Shown: piece after piece, positions 45,301-54,900 of the stretch
How the letters are laid out: every line of letters begins with the position of its first letter
Numbering within the stretch: position 1 is the first letter of the stretch
IMG/VR virus record: IMGVR_UViG_3300031993_000004
Span: 213,584 to 277,583 of that record
Source of the DNA: a virus
Lineage: Duplodnaviria > Caudoviricetes
Reading direction: 5' to 3' (one strand)
DNA length: 64,000 nucleotides
The notes under the pieces: generated by a model
Told to the model about the DNA's origin: nothing
The model's input: the letters and a program-made list of their open reading frames with translations, nothing else
Database searches by the model: none
Translations under genes and position numbers: made by a program

Positions 45301-46524
45301 AGTTGAATCTGTCTGAATAGCAAATGCTGTCAAACCTCGACCAGTTGTCCAAATGACACCAGATGATGGTTGGCAGTAAATGTTAGGTGTCATAATGGTA
45401 CCCGCAGTTGTTGTTGCCGGTGTGAATGGCTTTGTTTGATATGATGCATTTGACATGATCAACGGACGATAACTCGTATATGTAGAGACATCAGTTACTG
45501 CAGTCTGTGTAACCTTTGTGTCTGTATCTGACCCAGGGATACCCAGTGCAGTGATGTCAGCTTTTGCAACCGCTGTGGTTGATGTGATATGACCGTTAGC
45601 ATCATATGCAACCTTGTAGAGCCCAGCAGTTTGCTGAGCCGTCACACTGTTCGTATGGCTAATAGTGATTCCGACGGGAACTTGTTTAGACCATATTACA
45701 CTTTGTTTTTTACCATCAACGAGTTCCTCACCGCTCCAATGCAAATTGTAATTAACCGGAGTGAGTGTCATAGACGAGTCTGAGCATGTGATGTCGGTCG
45801 CTCGGATACAAGCATGCCAATTCTGATTAAACGTATCCCAGGTTACGTCACCACTCCATCCTCGGAATCCCAGACTGCTTCGGAAGAATACATGATCATT
45901 GTCACCAAGAAGCATAAGCTCACCGTGTGCACATGCTCCTTTATTTGTGGCAAGCATGTGGATGCCAACCAATGGATGTACAAGATTCGTTGGATCTGAG
46001 CTCCAGTTCGATGAACCGGGGCTATAATACTCGCCTAAATAGTCCTTATGATCGGAAGGATCGGCATATTCAGGAATACATTCGTCGATATTGTCATCAA
46101 TTATCCAATTCGTGCTGGTGTCAATATTATACCCTTTAATTCCAGTATGTGCGTGTGTTGCCAATGCAAATGTTTTTTGATGCATAATCAGGTCGCCAAT
46201 CTGCATGTTGGGATAAGTTTCAGAATATAGCTCAAGATCCCACGTGGTTGCCGTTGAGATATAATTTACGGCGTATTCGCTGTAATCACCTACTGGCAAT
46301 GGTTCAAGAGCTACCGGTATATGCCAAAATGCAGGCGGATTAAATACCCATCTTGAGAAATTCGCATACCATGAATGGATCTTTCCAAGGCCGATTGCCA
46401 AATCTTCTGTTTGGCTAAGATTTGGACCCAGCATTTCATGACCCCAGTTCGTATCCGATGGATCATCTGTCCATGGTTTCAATGTGACAGGAATGACTGT
46501 ATCGTAGAAATGTTTCTCGCTCAC
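42307..46524 (-). CDS. Tail fibre / receptor-binding protein, distal
   Basis: 1405 aa, Ser/Thr/Gly-rich; GLYKVAYDANGHIT, EIGKYIDFH, YSIGASSKRW and KIATTQF fibre motifs; internal duplication. Confidence 0.82.
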   Translation of the reverse strand: MSEKHFYDTVIPVTLKPWTDDPSDTNWGHEMLGPNLSQTEDLAIGLGKIHSWYANFSRWVFNPPAFWHIPVALEPLPVGDYSEYAVNYISTATTWDLELYSETYPNMQIGDLIMHQKTFALATHAHTGIKGYNIDTSTNWIIDDNIDECIPEYADPSDHKDYLGEYYSPGSSNWSSDPTNLVHPLVGIHMLATNKGACAHGELMLLGDNDHVFFRSSLGFRGWSGDVTWDTFNQNWHACIRATDITCSDSSMTLTPVNYNLHWSGEELVDGKKQSVIWSKQVPVGITISHTNSVTAQQTAGLYKVAYDANGHITSTTAVAKADITALGIPGSDTDTKVTQTAVTDVSTYTSYRPLIMSNASYQTKPFTPATTTAGTIMTPNIYCQPSSGVIWTTGRGLTAFAIQTDSTTKKSIIDLETLMAWLITNKYIPSGVYAHIVLTTTWSYADNDYLLFTANGENYQIFLAGCTIEFTGYATSYNTGVFRLVIHTAPHRATGVTPTQGYTLLDAAQVLEYWCNGSAYSPVWKIYSTRTDIGSAGSTTCPVYFSAGKPLAVTQPTSGAWWSSVPKIDASGVLEIGKYIDFHATATSTNNYDYRIYASVNSLVLQSSNSTYTNLLLTSSGYGCVRFETSASGKACSSAAIYAYPLTTSGQVLLMQSGGNTVIGAGEFATNAYTRKDSTGTDSVGYDNLATAENEDLYLGADTDVHIISNGQNIGTYSNTDHKEWLFAANGVLTSPDYIKISKNSAGLLLTDKNNAEFGGVWYNGSNFWLGATQTNTHHHVGGTYISTGYDATNSVGNSTVKIVVPNAANNGGTTYDLIHTGNKSLLNDTYVPLAGGSMNNDVTLIFPRASGGATRITNQGFNIQVANSTGFARAITVYRGDWSTILGQIGFYGSASATAADVEYYMGDDYISPWYSFKKTQFTVKGETNFKIDDSNDAGWSLVYKSSVLSMDGQVISCYPSSSQYGCGIIIGESSGGLTIIGGGEAARSLKNTIMDSSTTPYSSAKAYDSEDLIMAADTDLYFVCGANTLTTSAHTEGTNLKTFIWSNAGTLRPWNDNTYSIGASSKRWNYGYFTNISGKLIGTIDSTTTGVTQNVLSSVDSSTKIATTQFAWRLKHRAGTFYNNSTSWNSATWGNVASVKYSTSGNLYLTTVFLITSNYKSSTGARSGIGILFVQFYATNTALVNYRLKWVYSDDIINNETVVVTHTADTSTSTPFSEIGIWVKCDLARYQSISVSEIHEMNLSSYVGSSTWNLYGLTSGVASYPTGNNVTRMMPDDANVDQPLLYTSSAATTYVECSISDLFFKWKAIYVCIQNSTFKSGSSQTNATNYNFVVPLQYVKKNSRYGQSGDPGYYVGEGFNPSNTGTSSSATRMLVQWVNDGKIRFTHQTDGNVGIIRIYGLY

Positions 46525-46550
46525 ATAATCTCCTCCTTATATAGTAAAGA

Positions 46551-46564
46551 TTACCTTAGCGTTT
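46551..46564 (-). promoter_or_regulatory. Putative late promoter AAACG-N6-TAA
   Basis: Minus strand AAACG CTAAGG TAA. Confidence 0.75.
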
Positions 46565-46580
46565 TCGACCATATGTGAAA

Positions 46581-46605
46581 TACACGGGGGCGATGCCCCC
46601 GTGTA
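46581..46605. terminator. Hairpin terminator
   Basis: TACACGGGGGC-gat-GCCCCCGTGTA. Confidence 0.75.
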
Positions 46606-46616
46606 CCTCTGGGTTT

Positions 46617-48524
46617 TTATGATCCAGCAACAACATGAAGAATGAGTGTATCTGCTGTAGTAACAGGATCGTCACTCCACGTTCCATCACCACGGAGATA
46701 GTGACGTGAATTCTGTCCTGATGCAGGAGCGGGAACAAGACCATGCTTACCAGCAGCACTGGAACCGGCTCCAACCATATCATGGCTGGTTGAAGTAAGG
46801 TCTTTAATCCATGACCAAGCAGCAGTTCCAGATGCACTATTCCGCAGAATCTGATCAACAGTACCACCTGATGGAATGTGCTTATTACCAGCTGTCGTTG
46901 GGTGAGCATAAACGGTAACATCAGCGGAAGGTGTTCCATCCGTGTAAGACACCGTGATCGCACCATTGCTCTTGTAAACAACATTTGCAACAGCAGAGAT
47001 TGTTGGTTGCTTCAGAGATACGAATGCGGAACCGCCCCAACGGTATCCTTCTGCGGGTGTCACGCTCAGATCAAGATAAATCTTATCGGATTCACCAGCA
47101 ATTTCGTGTGAAGTCGTTGCTGTTGAAACATATGCCGTGCCATTCCAAGTATACGATGCGTTTGAATTCCCTTTGTCAATGTAGAATGTATCTGTATCTG
47201 GTGTGATTGGTGTTGTATGATCAGAGTCTTCATAGAACGTTCCGCTGTAAAGATAGCCATCGACGACAGGCCAGTCATAGAATTTTCCTGTTGCATGCGA
47301 ATAGTATCCTTCAATCACATCATCAACAAACGATGGGAGATACTTGGTATCAACAACCATGTTTGCATCGAGGAACGCAGTAGAGCCATCTGGCTTTGCC
47401 GGAACGAATGCCGTTGTTGCAGCATATGCAGCCGATCCAAGTCCGTGAATTGAGACAGTTTGCGCGGAACCGCCGGATGGTGTGACACTGAACGCGCCGG
47501 CTGTGTTTCCTTCTGCAAATGTATATGTTGTATCCGATCCTGGGATGCCCAGCCCTGTAATGTCAGATTTTGCAACTGCAGTTGTACCAGTGATATGGCC
47601 AGTTGCATTATATTTCACTTTGTACAAACCTGCTGTAGTGATTGCGGTCACACTATCTGTGTGATTGAACACGTTTCCGGTTGCGAGTGTCAAACCGGTG
47701 CCAGCCGAATATGTCGTATCCGTGAATAATGCATCACCAGGAACAGCTTTTCCGATGGAATAGCCGTTGACAGTACCAACGAAGTTCGTTGCTGTAACAG
47801 TTCCTGTTGATGGGTTTGCATAGATGCCAGTTGCGCGGTTTGCTGCTTCCGCAGTAGTCGTTGAAGACGATGTCTCATAGTACGAGAGCAGCAGCGGATA
47901 ATTCTTGTTGTCTGATTTGATATTCTGCGTAACCTTGTCATTACCGGTTCCGGCCGGAGCATACAGCTTTACGTCTGTTCCATCAATCGTCAGTGTACCA
48001 ACTTCAGCACCTGTCAACAATGTCGGCTCGAATGCAACCGTTGACTTTCCAGCAGCAAGATCATATGCAGACTTAACCGCAGAAGGAGTTGCCGCAAGAG
48101 TTGTTGATGTTGAAGACGTTGACGATGACAGCTTTGTGATACCGTATACACTTGTCGTTGCTGTTGGCACCGTTGATGTTGTTGCTGACCCGGAAGACGG
48201 TGTCAACGTTGTCACCCATGTATCATTATTTGATCCATATGCACCAGACAGAGAATATGTTGTGTCTGTAAACACTGCTCCGGAAGGAACATTCGTAGCA
48301 ATTGTCTTGCCGTTGACTGTTGCAGCATTACCTGTCCACACAACAGAATGCCAATTGTCATACCAGTTTTGGATCTTACCAAATGCAAGTGCGAGGTCTT
48401 GCTCGGTTGGTGATCCCGAAATATTTGACGCGTGATTATTACCGCCTTCGACAGTAACGTCCGACGTTGCCTTCGAAAACGCCATTGGAATTATGACGTT
48501 AGTAAATACCTTTTCACCAGCCAT
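46617..48524 (-). CDS. Tail fibre protein
   Basis: 635 aa; phage tail-fibre repeat ATTSVYGITKLSSSTSSTSTTLAATPSAVKSAYDLA, LPSFVDDVIEGY, GLVPAP...LRGDGTW. Confidence 0.82.
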   Translation of the reverse strand: MAGEKVFTNVIIPMAFSKATSDVTVEGGNNHASNISGSPTEQDLALAFGKIQNWYDNWHSVVWTGNAATVNGKTIATNVPSGAVFTDTTYSLSGAYGSNNDTWVTTLTPSSGSATTSTVPTATTSVYGITKLSSSTSSTSTTLAATPSAVKSAYDLAAGKSTVAFEPTLLTGAEVGTLTIDGTDVKLYAPAGTGNDKVTQNIKSDNKNYPLLLSYYETSSSTTTAEAANRATGIYANPSTGTVTATNFVGTVNGYSIGKAVPGDALFTDTTYSAGTGLTLATGNVFNHTDSVTAITTAGLYKVKYNATGHITGTTAVAKSDITGLGIPGSDTTYTFAEGNTAGAFSVTPSGGSAQTVSIHGLGSAAYAATTAFVPAKPDGSTAFLDANMVVDTKYLPSFVDDVIEGYYSHATGKFYDWPVVDGYLYSGTFYEDSDHTTPITPDTDTFYIDKGNSNASYTWNGTAYVSTATTSHEIAGESDKIYLDLSVTPAEGYRWGGSAFVSLKQPTISAVANVVYKSNGAITVSYTDGTPSADVTVYAHPTTAGNKHIPSGGTVDQILRNSASGTAAWSWIKDLTSTSHDMVGAGSSAAGKHGLVPAPASGQNSRHYLRGDGTWSDDPVTTADTLILHVVAGS

Positions 48525-48539
48525 AATATCAGTCCTTTC

Positions 48540-51128
48540 TTATTGATTCGGGGTTATCACATGTAAAACGAGATTCTGGTAATCGGGAATCGTGACTTCA
48601 CCCGATGTAACTTGAAAGTCGTTTGAAAATTGAAGCACTTCGGATGTTATACCATCTTCAACGACTTGAAGATTACTGCCATTCATCTCAATATGTGTCA
48701 CACCCGTATTCGTAATAACATATTTTCCGATCTCGATTGGCCATGAGATTTCGCAATACGACAAATCATTTTCATCAATCACGGTTTCATTCGATTTTCG
48801 CAGTATGATACGAACATACTGTGCATTTTGTGGTCGTGTGTCATCGCCAGAAATGGTTTGCCAAGTTGATGTCATCGAAATAAAATTATGCGATGAATCG
48901 TAAAATGCTGCTTTCCAAACCATGTCGATTGAATCCGTATCTTGTGCAGACACATTGACCATCTGTGTTAATCCGGTTTCTATGAATGGGGAACGAATCG
49001 CCGTTGTAATCAAATCGTCATTTTCACCATTCACGTGTGATATGGAACCCTGCTCCCATGCCAATGATGTGATATCATTTGTTGTGTCACCTTCATCAAT
49101 AGATATTCCATCACCTGCAACATATTCGGTACCGCTTCCACCACCGCCAACAGAATATTGTGTATCGCCGTCTTTGTCAGTGACAGTCATCACACCATTC
49201 GAAACACTTACACCCAGGACACCTGTATTGGTGACTTTCGTTTTCACATGACTGTCGCCAACAGGGAATTTTTCGGTATACGTTCGACGCGCAGTCGGAA
49301 CCACGGCACTGTCTTGTTCATCAATGAGAATCCAATCGTTTGTTGTTGTCAACGCATATACAACCCATTTTGAAGGGTCACGGTTACTCGAGTCATTTGC
49401 TGTCATGAAACGATAACCCGAAATGGTTGACAACACGATTGTCGATGGAAGTGTCATGTCAATACGAATACCGCTGCCATTCCAGTTGCAGCACATTTTT
49501 GTTGATGATGAACCGTCAAACAATTTGCTGACATCTTCTCCAGATCCAGGATATGTAATTGGATTTGAGGTATCACCAATATATCCTGCAACATTCGAGA
49601 AGGTAATCACATTGTTCGATGAATCCTGGAACTCCAGTTCGGCAAATTGCATATAGCTATCGCCACCGGATCGCCGATCCGTGATATAGAATCGCAATGC
49701 TGTGATTTGAATCTCTTCTACAACGACATCCAAATCAATACCGGGACCTTCGACAAGTCCAACTGAAGCTCCGCCACCACCACCGGTTGTTGACAAAACG
49801 CCATCTTGATCGATCATCAGACCGTCGCCGACTTTGACACCACCCAATGTAGACTGCGATGCAGTCGGAAGAACATACTGCTGTGCATCAGCAGACAATA
49901 CACCGTTTGCATCAATTGAAAGATTTGATCCAATCTTCACACCACCGAGTGTATTGTTACTTGCTATTGGTAGTGAATATGGTGCATGTGTAGACAATAC
50001 ACCGTTTGCATCAATACTTAAGTTTGCACCGACTTTGATACCGCCAAGTGTGGATGCATCTGCGATAGGCAGAGTATATATGGTATCTGTTGCAGACAAA
50101 ACGCCGTACGAATCAATCGTCAGATTGTCGCCAACTTTAATACCACCCAATGTATCTGCCGCTGCAATAGGCAATTGATACGGCGGGGCTAATACTGCCG
50201 ACAGCACACCATTTTCATCAATGGACAAATTATCGCCGACAATAATACCGCCAAGTGTTTCCGTCGTAGCCGGCTCGATAGATCCAGCTGATGCGGATTT
50301 CCATGTCCCATCACCGGAAAGAAACTTATTTCTATCGGCAGAAGTTGGAGCAGGAACAAGTCCTTCACTACCATTTCCTGTCGCAGTTGCTCCTTCAAAT
50401 GGCGTATAATCATGTAGTGAAGCCAGTTTTTGTTTTTCTTCTGTCGTATAACTCGCATTTGTCTCATTCAATACGTCAATGTTGTTATGTGTATGCGCCT
50501 TAGCGGTCAATGACGCGATGTCCGATTTGATTTCTGAATCATCATAGTTTTGCAAATCACGAAGCTTGACTTTTTCGGCTTGTGTGTATGGTGCATCTGT
50601 TTGATCCAATACGGATTTGTTTGCATGTGTATGTGCAGCAAGCTCAAGCCTGTTTACAATCGGCATGATTTCTTTCTTTTTCACATATTCAGAAAGATCT
50701 GCATCAAAGATTCCGCCAAGAGCAATCCATCTGGAATCATTCCAGAGATATGTTGCGGGATCTTGTGAACCTGGATTTGCAACAAATCGGATCTCACCGA
50801 GTTTATTACCAGTTTTCGGAAGCAATTCTTTATTTGGGTAGATATTTGTTGAAGGAATTGAAACGGCTTTCAGATTCGTAATGATTCTGTCGATTTGTTC
50901 CTTCGTATAGTAATTAGAGAGATCTCCGCCGTCTCCACCCACATATGGCAATTGACGATAGAATTTGTTTCCTTCGCCAACTTTCAGTTTTGTGATTCCA
51001 TCTGGAAAGAGTTCTATACACAGAACACCACGCGGTATTGCATAATTGCAGATCGCTCCTTCATTCCATTGCGCTGACGTTCGAATGATATGTTCAAAAT
51101 TATCGAACTGAACATTCTGAGAAGCCAT
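48540..51128 (-). CDS. Tail or head fibre protein with five ~30-aa repeats and a discoidin/CBM32-like domain
   Basis: N-terminal KLKVGEG....QLPY anchor-like motif, HxH motifs, 5x LPxAxxxTLGG[IV]K[VI]GxxLxIDxxGVLS, QFAELEF..KLFDG..YRFMTAND..RDPSKW. Confidence 0.8.
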   Translation of the reverse strand: MASQNVQFDNFEHIIRTSAQWNEGAICNYAIPRGVLCIELFPDGITKLKVGEGNKFYRQLPYVGGDGGDLSNYYTKEQIDRIITNLKAVSIPSTNIYPNKELLPKTGNKLGEIRFVANPGSQDPATYLWNDSRWIALGGIFDADLSEYVKKKEIMPIVNRLELAAHTHANKSVLDQTDAPYTQAEKVKLRDLQNYDDSEIKSDIASLTAKAHTHNNIDVLNETNASYTTEEKQKLASLHDYTPFEGATATGNGSEGLVPAPTSADRNKFLSGDGTWKSASAGSIEPATTETLGGIIVGDNLSIDENGVLSAVLAPPYQLPIAAADTLGGIKVGDNLTIDSYGVLSATDTIYTLPIADASTLGGIKVGANLSIDANGVLSTHAPYSLPIASNNTLGGVKIGSNLSIDANGVLSADAQQYVLPTASQSTLGGVKVGDGLMIDQDGVLSTTGGGGGASVGLVEGPGIDLDVVVEEIQITALRFYITDRRSGGDSYMQFAELEFQDSSNNVITFSNVAGYIGDTSNPITYPGSGEDVSKLFDGSSSTKMCCNWNGSGIRIDMTLPSTIVLSTISGYRFMTANDSSNRDPSKWVVYALTTTNDWILIDEQDSAVVPTARRTYTEKFPVGDSHVKTKVTNTGVLGVSVSNGVMTVTDKDGDTQYSVGGGGSGTEYVAGDGISIDEGDTTNDITSLAWEQGSISHVNGENDDLITTAIRSPFIETGLTQMVNVSAQDTDSIDMVWKAAFYDSSHNFISMTSTWQTISGDDTRPQNAQYVRIILRKSNETVIDENDLSYCEISWPIEIGKYVITNTGVTHIEMNGSNLQVVEDGITSEVLQFSNDFQVTSGEVTIPDYQNLVLHVITPNQ
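49788..50280 (-). repeat. Five degenerate coding repeats of ~30-33 aa
   Basis: TLGGI/VKV/IG.NLSID.NGVLS x5 inside 48540..51128. Confidence 0.85.
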
Positions 51129-51151
51129 AGTACTCCTCCTTTCTTACAAGG

Positions 51152-51165
51152 TTACTGAAACGTTT
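51152..51165 (-). promoter_or_regulatory. Putative late promoter AAACG-N6-TAA
   Basis: Minus strand AAACG TTTCAG TAA, identical to the 14897 copy. Confidence 0.75.
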
Positions 51166-51171
51166 TATGAT

Positions 51172-51194
51172 GTGCGGGGGATAAACCCCCGCAC
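51172..51194. terminator. Hairpin terminator
   Basis: GTGCGGGGG-ataaa-CCCCCGCAC. Confidence 0.72.
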
Positions 51195-51199
51195 CCATA

Positions 51200-51886
51200 T
51201 TATTCATCTTTGATTGCGATACAGCCATCGGTATAATACTTCTCGTCGTTGATCTCGATCAAACCGTCGTAGCTCTTGAACTGAGAGAACGGCATGAAGT
51301 ATGTGTTGACAGAATGGTTACCATCAGCGCTTTGTGTCGGAATTGCACACAACGCACTGAATGATGGGTGTGCAACCCCTTCAAGTGCGACAGACGAGAA
51401 TGTAGGTTGATCACCCCACGCGATATAATATCCGGTCCAGATAGAGTTTGATGAACCGGACGTTGTACCATATCTGATGTAAACACCGGTTTCCCCAGAC
51501 TTCGTTTCGGTGAAGAAGATGCATCCTTTTTGGGAAGTAGATCCACCAGAGCTCGACGTTTTAAACATCACACCATGTTTGCAAACGATCATTCTGTAAA
51601 TGTACTTCGCTTGAGCAGTTGAGCTAGAGCTCGATCCACTCCATGTATCTGATTGAGAACCATACAATGTCGGTACGAGGTTATATCCTGCAGCCAGATT
51701 TCTAAAGTCTGCAATCAGTTTATTGCCATTATAGAACTTAAGACTGTCGTCGGTGGATGAATCACCCGTATATTTTTCAACACGGGTGAAGACTGTGATA
51801 TCACCACTGTTGATATATTTATTGATCAGAGTATACAACTCGTCGATCGTAGACGATGCGTAGTTTTGTACACTTTCAACATACAC
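51200..51886 (-). CDS. Putative virion protein, beta-rich
   Basis: 228 aa, GTG start, AAGGAG RBS. Confidence 0.65.
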   Translation of the reverse strand: MYVESVQNYASSTIDELYTLINKYINSGDITVFTRVEKYTGDSSTDDSLKFYNGNKLIADFRNLAAGYNLVPTLYGSQSDTWSGSSSSSTAQAKYIYRMIVCKHGVMFKTSSSGGSTSQKGCIFFTETKSGETGVYIRYGTTSGSSNSIWTGYYIAWGDQPTFSSVALEGVAHPSFSALCAIPTQSADGNHSVNTYFMPFSQFKSYDGLIEINDEKYYTDGCIAIKDE

Positions 51887-51899
51887 AACAAATCACTCC

Positions 51900-52265
51900 T
51901 TACATTTGTTCATAAGTCTCGACAACGGATGCGAAGACATAATTTGGTGTTGGATAACTATATCCCCACGGTACGTTGTATTTTGTCGGATCGGGTTCCG
52001 GATCGGGTCCGGGACCAGGTGAAGGTCCCCCACCGCCGCCAGGTTTCAAATCGGGGAACAGATCATAGAAATTATTACCAGTGACAGGTTTTTTATTGGA
52101 GGTTTGTGTGATGTAGTATTTTGGGAAGTTCAGCAAAGTCTCAATCTGTTCCGCCGTTGCGACGAAACCTGAAACGGGGTTGGGTTGATTGATCACAGCG
52201 ATGTTGATGTTATTATCAGGAGATACACTAACATCAACAACGTCGATTTGCAAAGTATCAGCCAT
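51900..52265 (-). CDS. Putative virion protein with Gly/Pro linker
   Basis: 121 aa, PGGGGGPSPGPGPDPEPDP. Confidence 0.65.
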   Translation of the reverse strand: MADTLQIDVVDVSVSPDNNINIAVINQPNPVSGFVATAEQIETLLNFPKYYITQTSNKKPVTGNNFYDLFPDLKPGGGGGPSPGPGPDPEPDPTKYNVPWGYSYPTPNYVFASVVETYEQM

Positions 52266-52285
52266 TTCAACTCAACCCCATTCTC

Positions 52286-53461
52286 TTATTCTTCAGACGG
52301 CACAGGAACAAGTTTACCATCAAGAACATCTGTCTCCAGAGCTTCCTCAACAGTAACTGATTCATCGTTCGTCGTCGTATATGTCAGCGTAGTCTGGTAC
52401 AGAGTTCCCGGGAGTATCCATACAAGTGTGCCCTTCTTGTATGTCTTGCCCTTGCGGTATTCGTCGCAAGTTAGATACAGATTATTGAGCTGATATTGCA
52501 TTTCAGCCATCTGGAGCTTCATTGCTTCGATCTCCTGCATCAGCTGTGCAACGATTTCTTCTGTCGGGTTGAACAGAGCCTTGTAGATTCCATAAGAATC
52601 GCCAGCCATGATCGTGTTCGACATGTACACGGTGAAGTTGATGCGAAGCCGTGTTGTAACATTCAGCTGAACGGCAACGCTGTAATTCATATTAACAGAG
52701 CCGATCATCAGCTGTACATCCGGCTGCGTGGAATCAATCGTGTCGTGCTGGACGGCGACGTGTGTGTTGTTATTGGTCCACTGATAGTATGGATTCAGAT
52801 TGTCTGTCACATGATCCTTCGTATTAATCACATTCACAAATGCTTCAACACGGTCAATGGACAGATTATACAGACCGGCATAATCAAGCTGTGGGATGTT
52901 CGTAACTGCGATGTTCTTGAATGATGTCACGAAGAAATCATTGATGTCAGTATAATGGAACAGATGATTCGGACAGGTCGAATCAACATGGCTGGAGTAT
53001 GCGACACCGCCGTTTCTGTCACGCAGCGTAAAATAGAAACGGAATACGACACTTGATTTCTGAATCGGAAGCACGCGGTCAAGTGTTTCGTATTGTGACG
53101 CGATCACATTCTCGATGAATGACTTCCATACAGTATTCGTGATGATGTCACCGGTCATATCAATAGATCCGGTCAGATTGATACAGGCCGGATCCGGTGA
53201 CTTCGACAGCCGTGTGTACACATTCTCGGACACGCTCAGCTTGGTTCCGTAGTTTGTCGTTGTGTTATCGAGCAAATATGGTGTGCTGTTGATCACCATG
53301 TATGCGTTTTCCTGCATGTAACCAGACACAGGATATTGTGCTGTGCTCGGCTGATGCATTGATGTGCAACAATCACACTGATACATTGCTCCTCGCGTGA
53401 AAGGATACGTAATGAATGAAGGAACCTGACCTCCGCATCCACCACATCCGATGTTGTTCAT
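52286..53461 (-). CDS. Putative virion protein with coiled coil and C-terminal CBM5/12-like module
   Basis: 391 aa; Cys-rich N-terminus; YRKGKTYKKGTLVW..GTLYQ. Confidence 0.65.
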   Translation of the reverse strand: MNNIGCGGCGGQVPSFITYPFTRGAMYQCDCCTSMHQPSTAQYPVSGYMQENAYMVINSTPYLLDNTTTNYGTKLSVSENVYTRLSKSPDPACINLTGSIDMTGDIITNTVWKSFIENVIASQYETLDRVLPIQKSSVVFRFYFTLRDRNGGVAYSSHVDSTCPNHLFHYTDINDFFVTSFKNIAVTNIPQLDYAGLYNLSIDRVEAFVNVINTKDHVTDNLNPYYQWTNNNTHVAVQHDTIDSTQPDVQLMIGSVNMNYSVAVQLNVTTRLRINFTVYMSNTIMAGDSYGIYKALFNPTEEIVAQLMQEIEAMKLQMAEMQYQLNNLYLTCDEYRKGKTYKKGTLVWILPGTLYQTTLTYTTTNDESVTVEEALETDVLDGKLVPVPSEE

Positions 53462-53474
53462 AAAGTAGACCTCC

Positions 53475-54755
53475 TCATTTGATTTTCAATGTTTGTTTGA
53501 TAATGTATATGACAATCGGTGTCCAGAGGAACACTTCCTGTGACAAGGAATTATCAAACAATTGATCGCCCGTATAGAGCGACAGATCCTGAATAGAGCG
53601 CAGCTTGCCATGAATATAATCATGAATCAATGAGATATAATCATGACGTGACAGTTTGATTGCGCGGATGCAAGTGTCCCTGCATTTGCAGCATGGACAG
53701 TCGCATTCTTTACAATCACGAATATCATTTTCCGCGGCAAGAATGTTGTATACTTCCATCGGGAAATACAATCCCTCGCCAGGATTCAGACACCATTCAT
53801 CACCTGGAATCATGATGTCAACATCATATCCGTAATTTGCAAACGAGGAATCAGGGAAATCCGATCCCTTGACTGTGCGGTATTTGAATGTCGAAAGATA
53901 CCGCAATGGTGCATCACGTTCAATCCACTTATAAGGAGAACGCTGATAATGGTATGCCATAGAACCATCACGGATCTTATTCGGATTCAAAACAATGTTG
54001 TTGTTTCCATTGTCCCGAATAATGACAGCATTGTTTGCCATGAACATATTTGCACACATATCAAACAATGTACGTCCATTCAGATGCAACAGAAAACAGT
54101 TGTGTGTCTGATCGTAATAGTTTGCGACATAATTTTCAACCATGTCATCAACCATTTTGATCAACCGGTGTCTGAGCTCATAGTCTTCTTTGCCGATAAC
54201 TGGTGTCAGATCTTCACCACCGATTGTTTGTAAATCGGTCATGTATTCTCCGACAACTTGTTTCTCAAGATACTGCAGATCCTTTGGATTAGTCGAAAAC
54301 AGACTGTACGTTATTCGGTATGATCCATCCGTGTTCAAACCATCTTGTGTGACTTCCGTCACTCTGAATAGATGTGTCATTCGGAGATGCTCAATAACGA
54401 TAAAATCGTTTTCTTTTGGCATTGCCGTTCCAGGAACAGTAAATGATTCACCATTCAGATCATAATTACGAATCGGCGTAGAACCCGTAGTAGTATTTTC
54501 AGGATTTAACGGAGAAAATCCAATCAACGGGAATCTATGAATCTTCCGATAACGTAATGGTGAATCTGGTCCGAGAATTTGATATGCATCATTCAATCCA
54601 AGAGAATCTGTCGTGTTGACCTCGTCGATGTTGTAATATGTGACGAGCACACGATTTGCGTCAGTATATTTGTTGATGCGGGAATGCATGTATTTGTCAT
54701 ATTTGTATATTTGACCATCAACAAGAGCATTCTCGTCATAGATCAACTGCGACAT
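53475..54755 (-). CDS. Putative virion structural protein, possibly head closure/neck
   Basis: 426 aa, beta-rich N-half (VTYYNID, DSPLRY, PKENDF, LFRVTEV), late promoter upstream. Confidence 0.55.
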   Translation of the reverse strand: MSQLIYDENALVDGQIYKYDKYMHSRINKYTDANRVLVTYYNIDEVNTTDSLGLNDAYQILGPDSPLRYRKIHRFPLIGFSPLNPENTTTGSTPIRNYDLNGESFTVPGTAMPKENDFIVIEHLRMTHLFRVTEVTQDGLNTDGSYRITYSLFSTNPKDLQYLEKQVVGEYMTDLQTIGGEDLTPVIGKEDYELRHRLIKMVDDMVENYVANYYDQTHNCFLLHLNGRTLFDMCANMFMANNAVIIRDNGNNNIVLNPNKIRDGSMAYHYQRSPYKWIERDAPLRYLSTFKYRTVKGSDFPDSSFANYGYDVDIMIPGDEWCLNPGEGLYFPMEVYNILAAENDIRDCKECDCPCCKCRDTCIRAIKLSRHDYISLIHDYIHGKLRSIQDLSLYTGDQLFDNSLSQEVFLWTPIVIYIIKQTLKIK

Positions 54756-54798
54756 ATTATCACCAACTTTCTGAAATATAATAAACGCAGTCCAACGT

Positions 54799-54812
54799 TT
54801 ACAATGCGGTTT
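54799..54812 (-). promoter_or_regulatory. Putative late promoter AAACC-N6-TAA
   Basis: Minus strand AAACC GCATTG TAA. Confidence 0.65.
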
Positions 54813-54840
54813 AATGAAAATATTTTATTCCATAACACAT

Positions 54841-54848
54841 ATATTATT
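54841..54848 (+). promoter_or_regulatory. Putative early promoter ATATTATT
   Basis: Followed by a TGCACG..AAAGT-aatc-ACTTT.CGTGCA hairpin. Confidence 0.7.
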
Positions 54849-54900
54849 GGCTTGCACGGAAACAAAGTAATCACTTTACGTGCAGAAAGGACTGATCGAA

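Noticed and set aside
42307-51128. Diversity-generating retroelement or invertible cassette acting on the fibres
   Set aside because: No reverse transcriptase or recombinase in the window. Shared fibre segments are diverged at synonymous sites, not adenine-specific TR/VR pairs.
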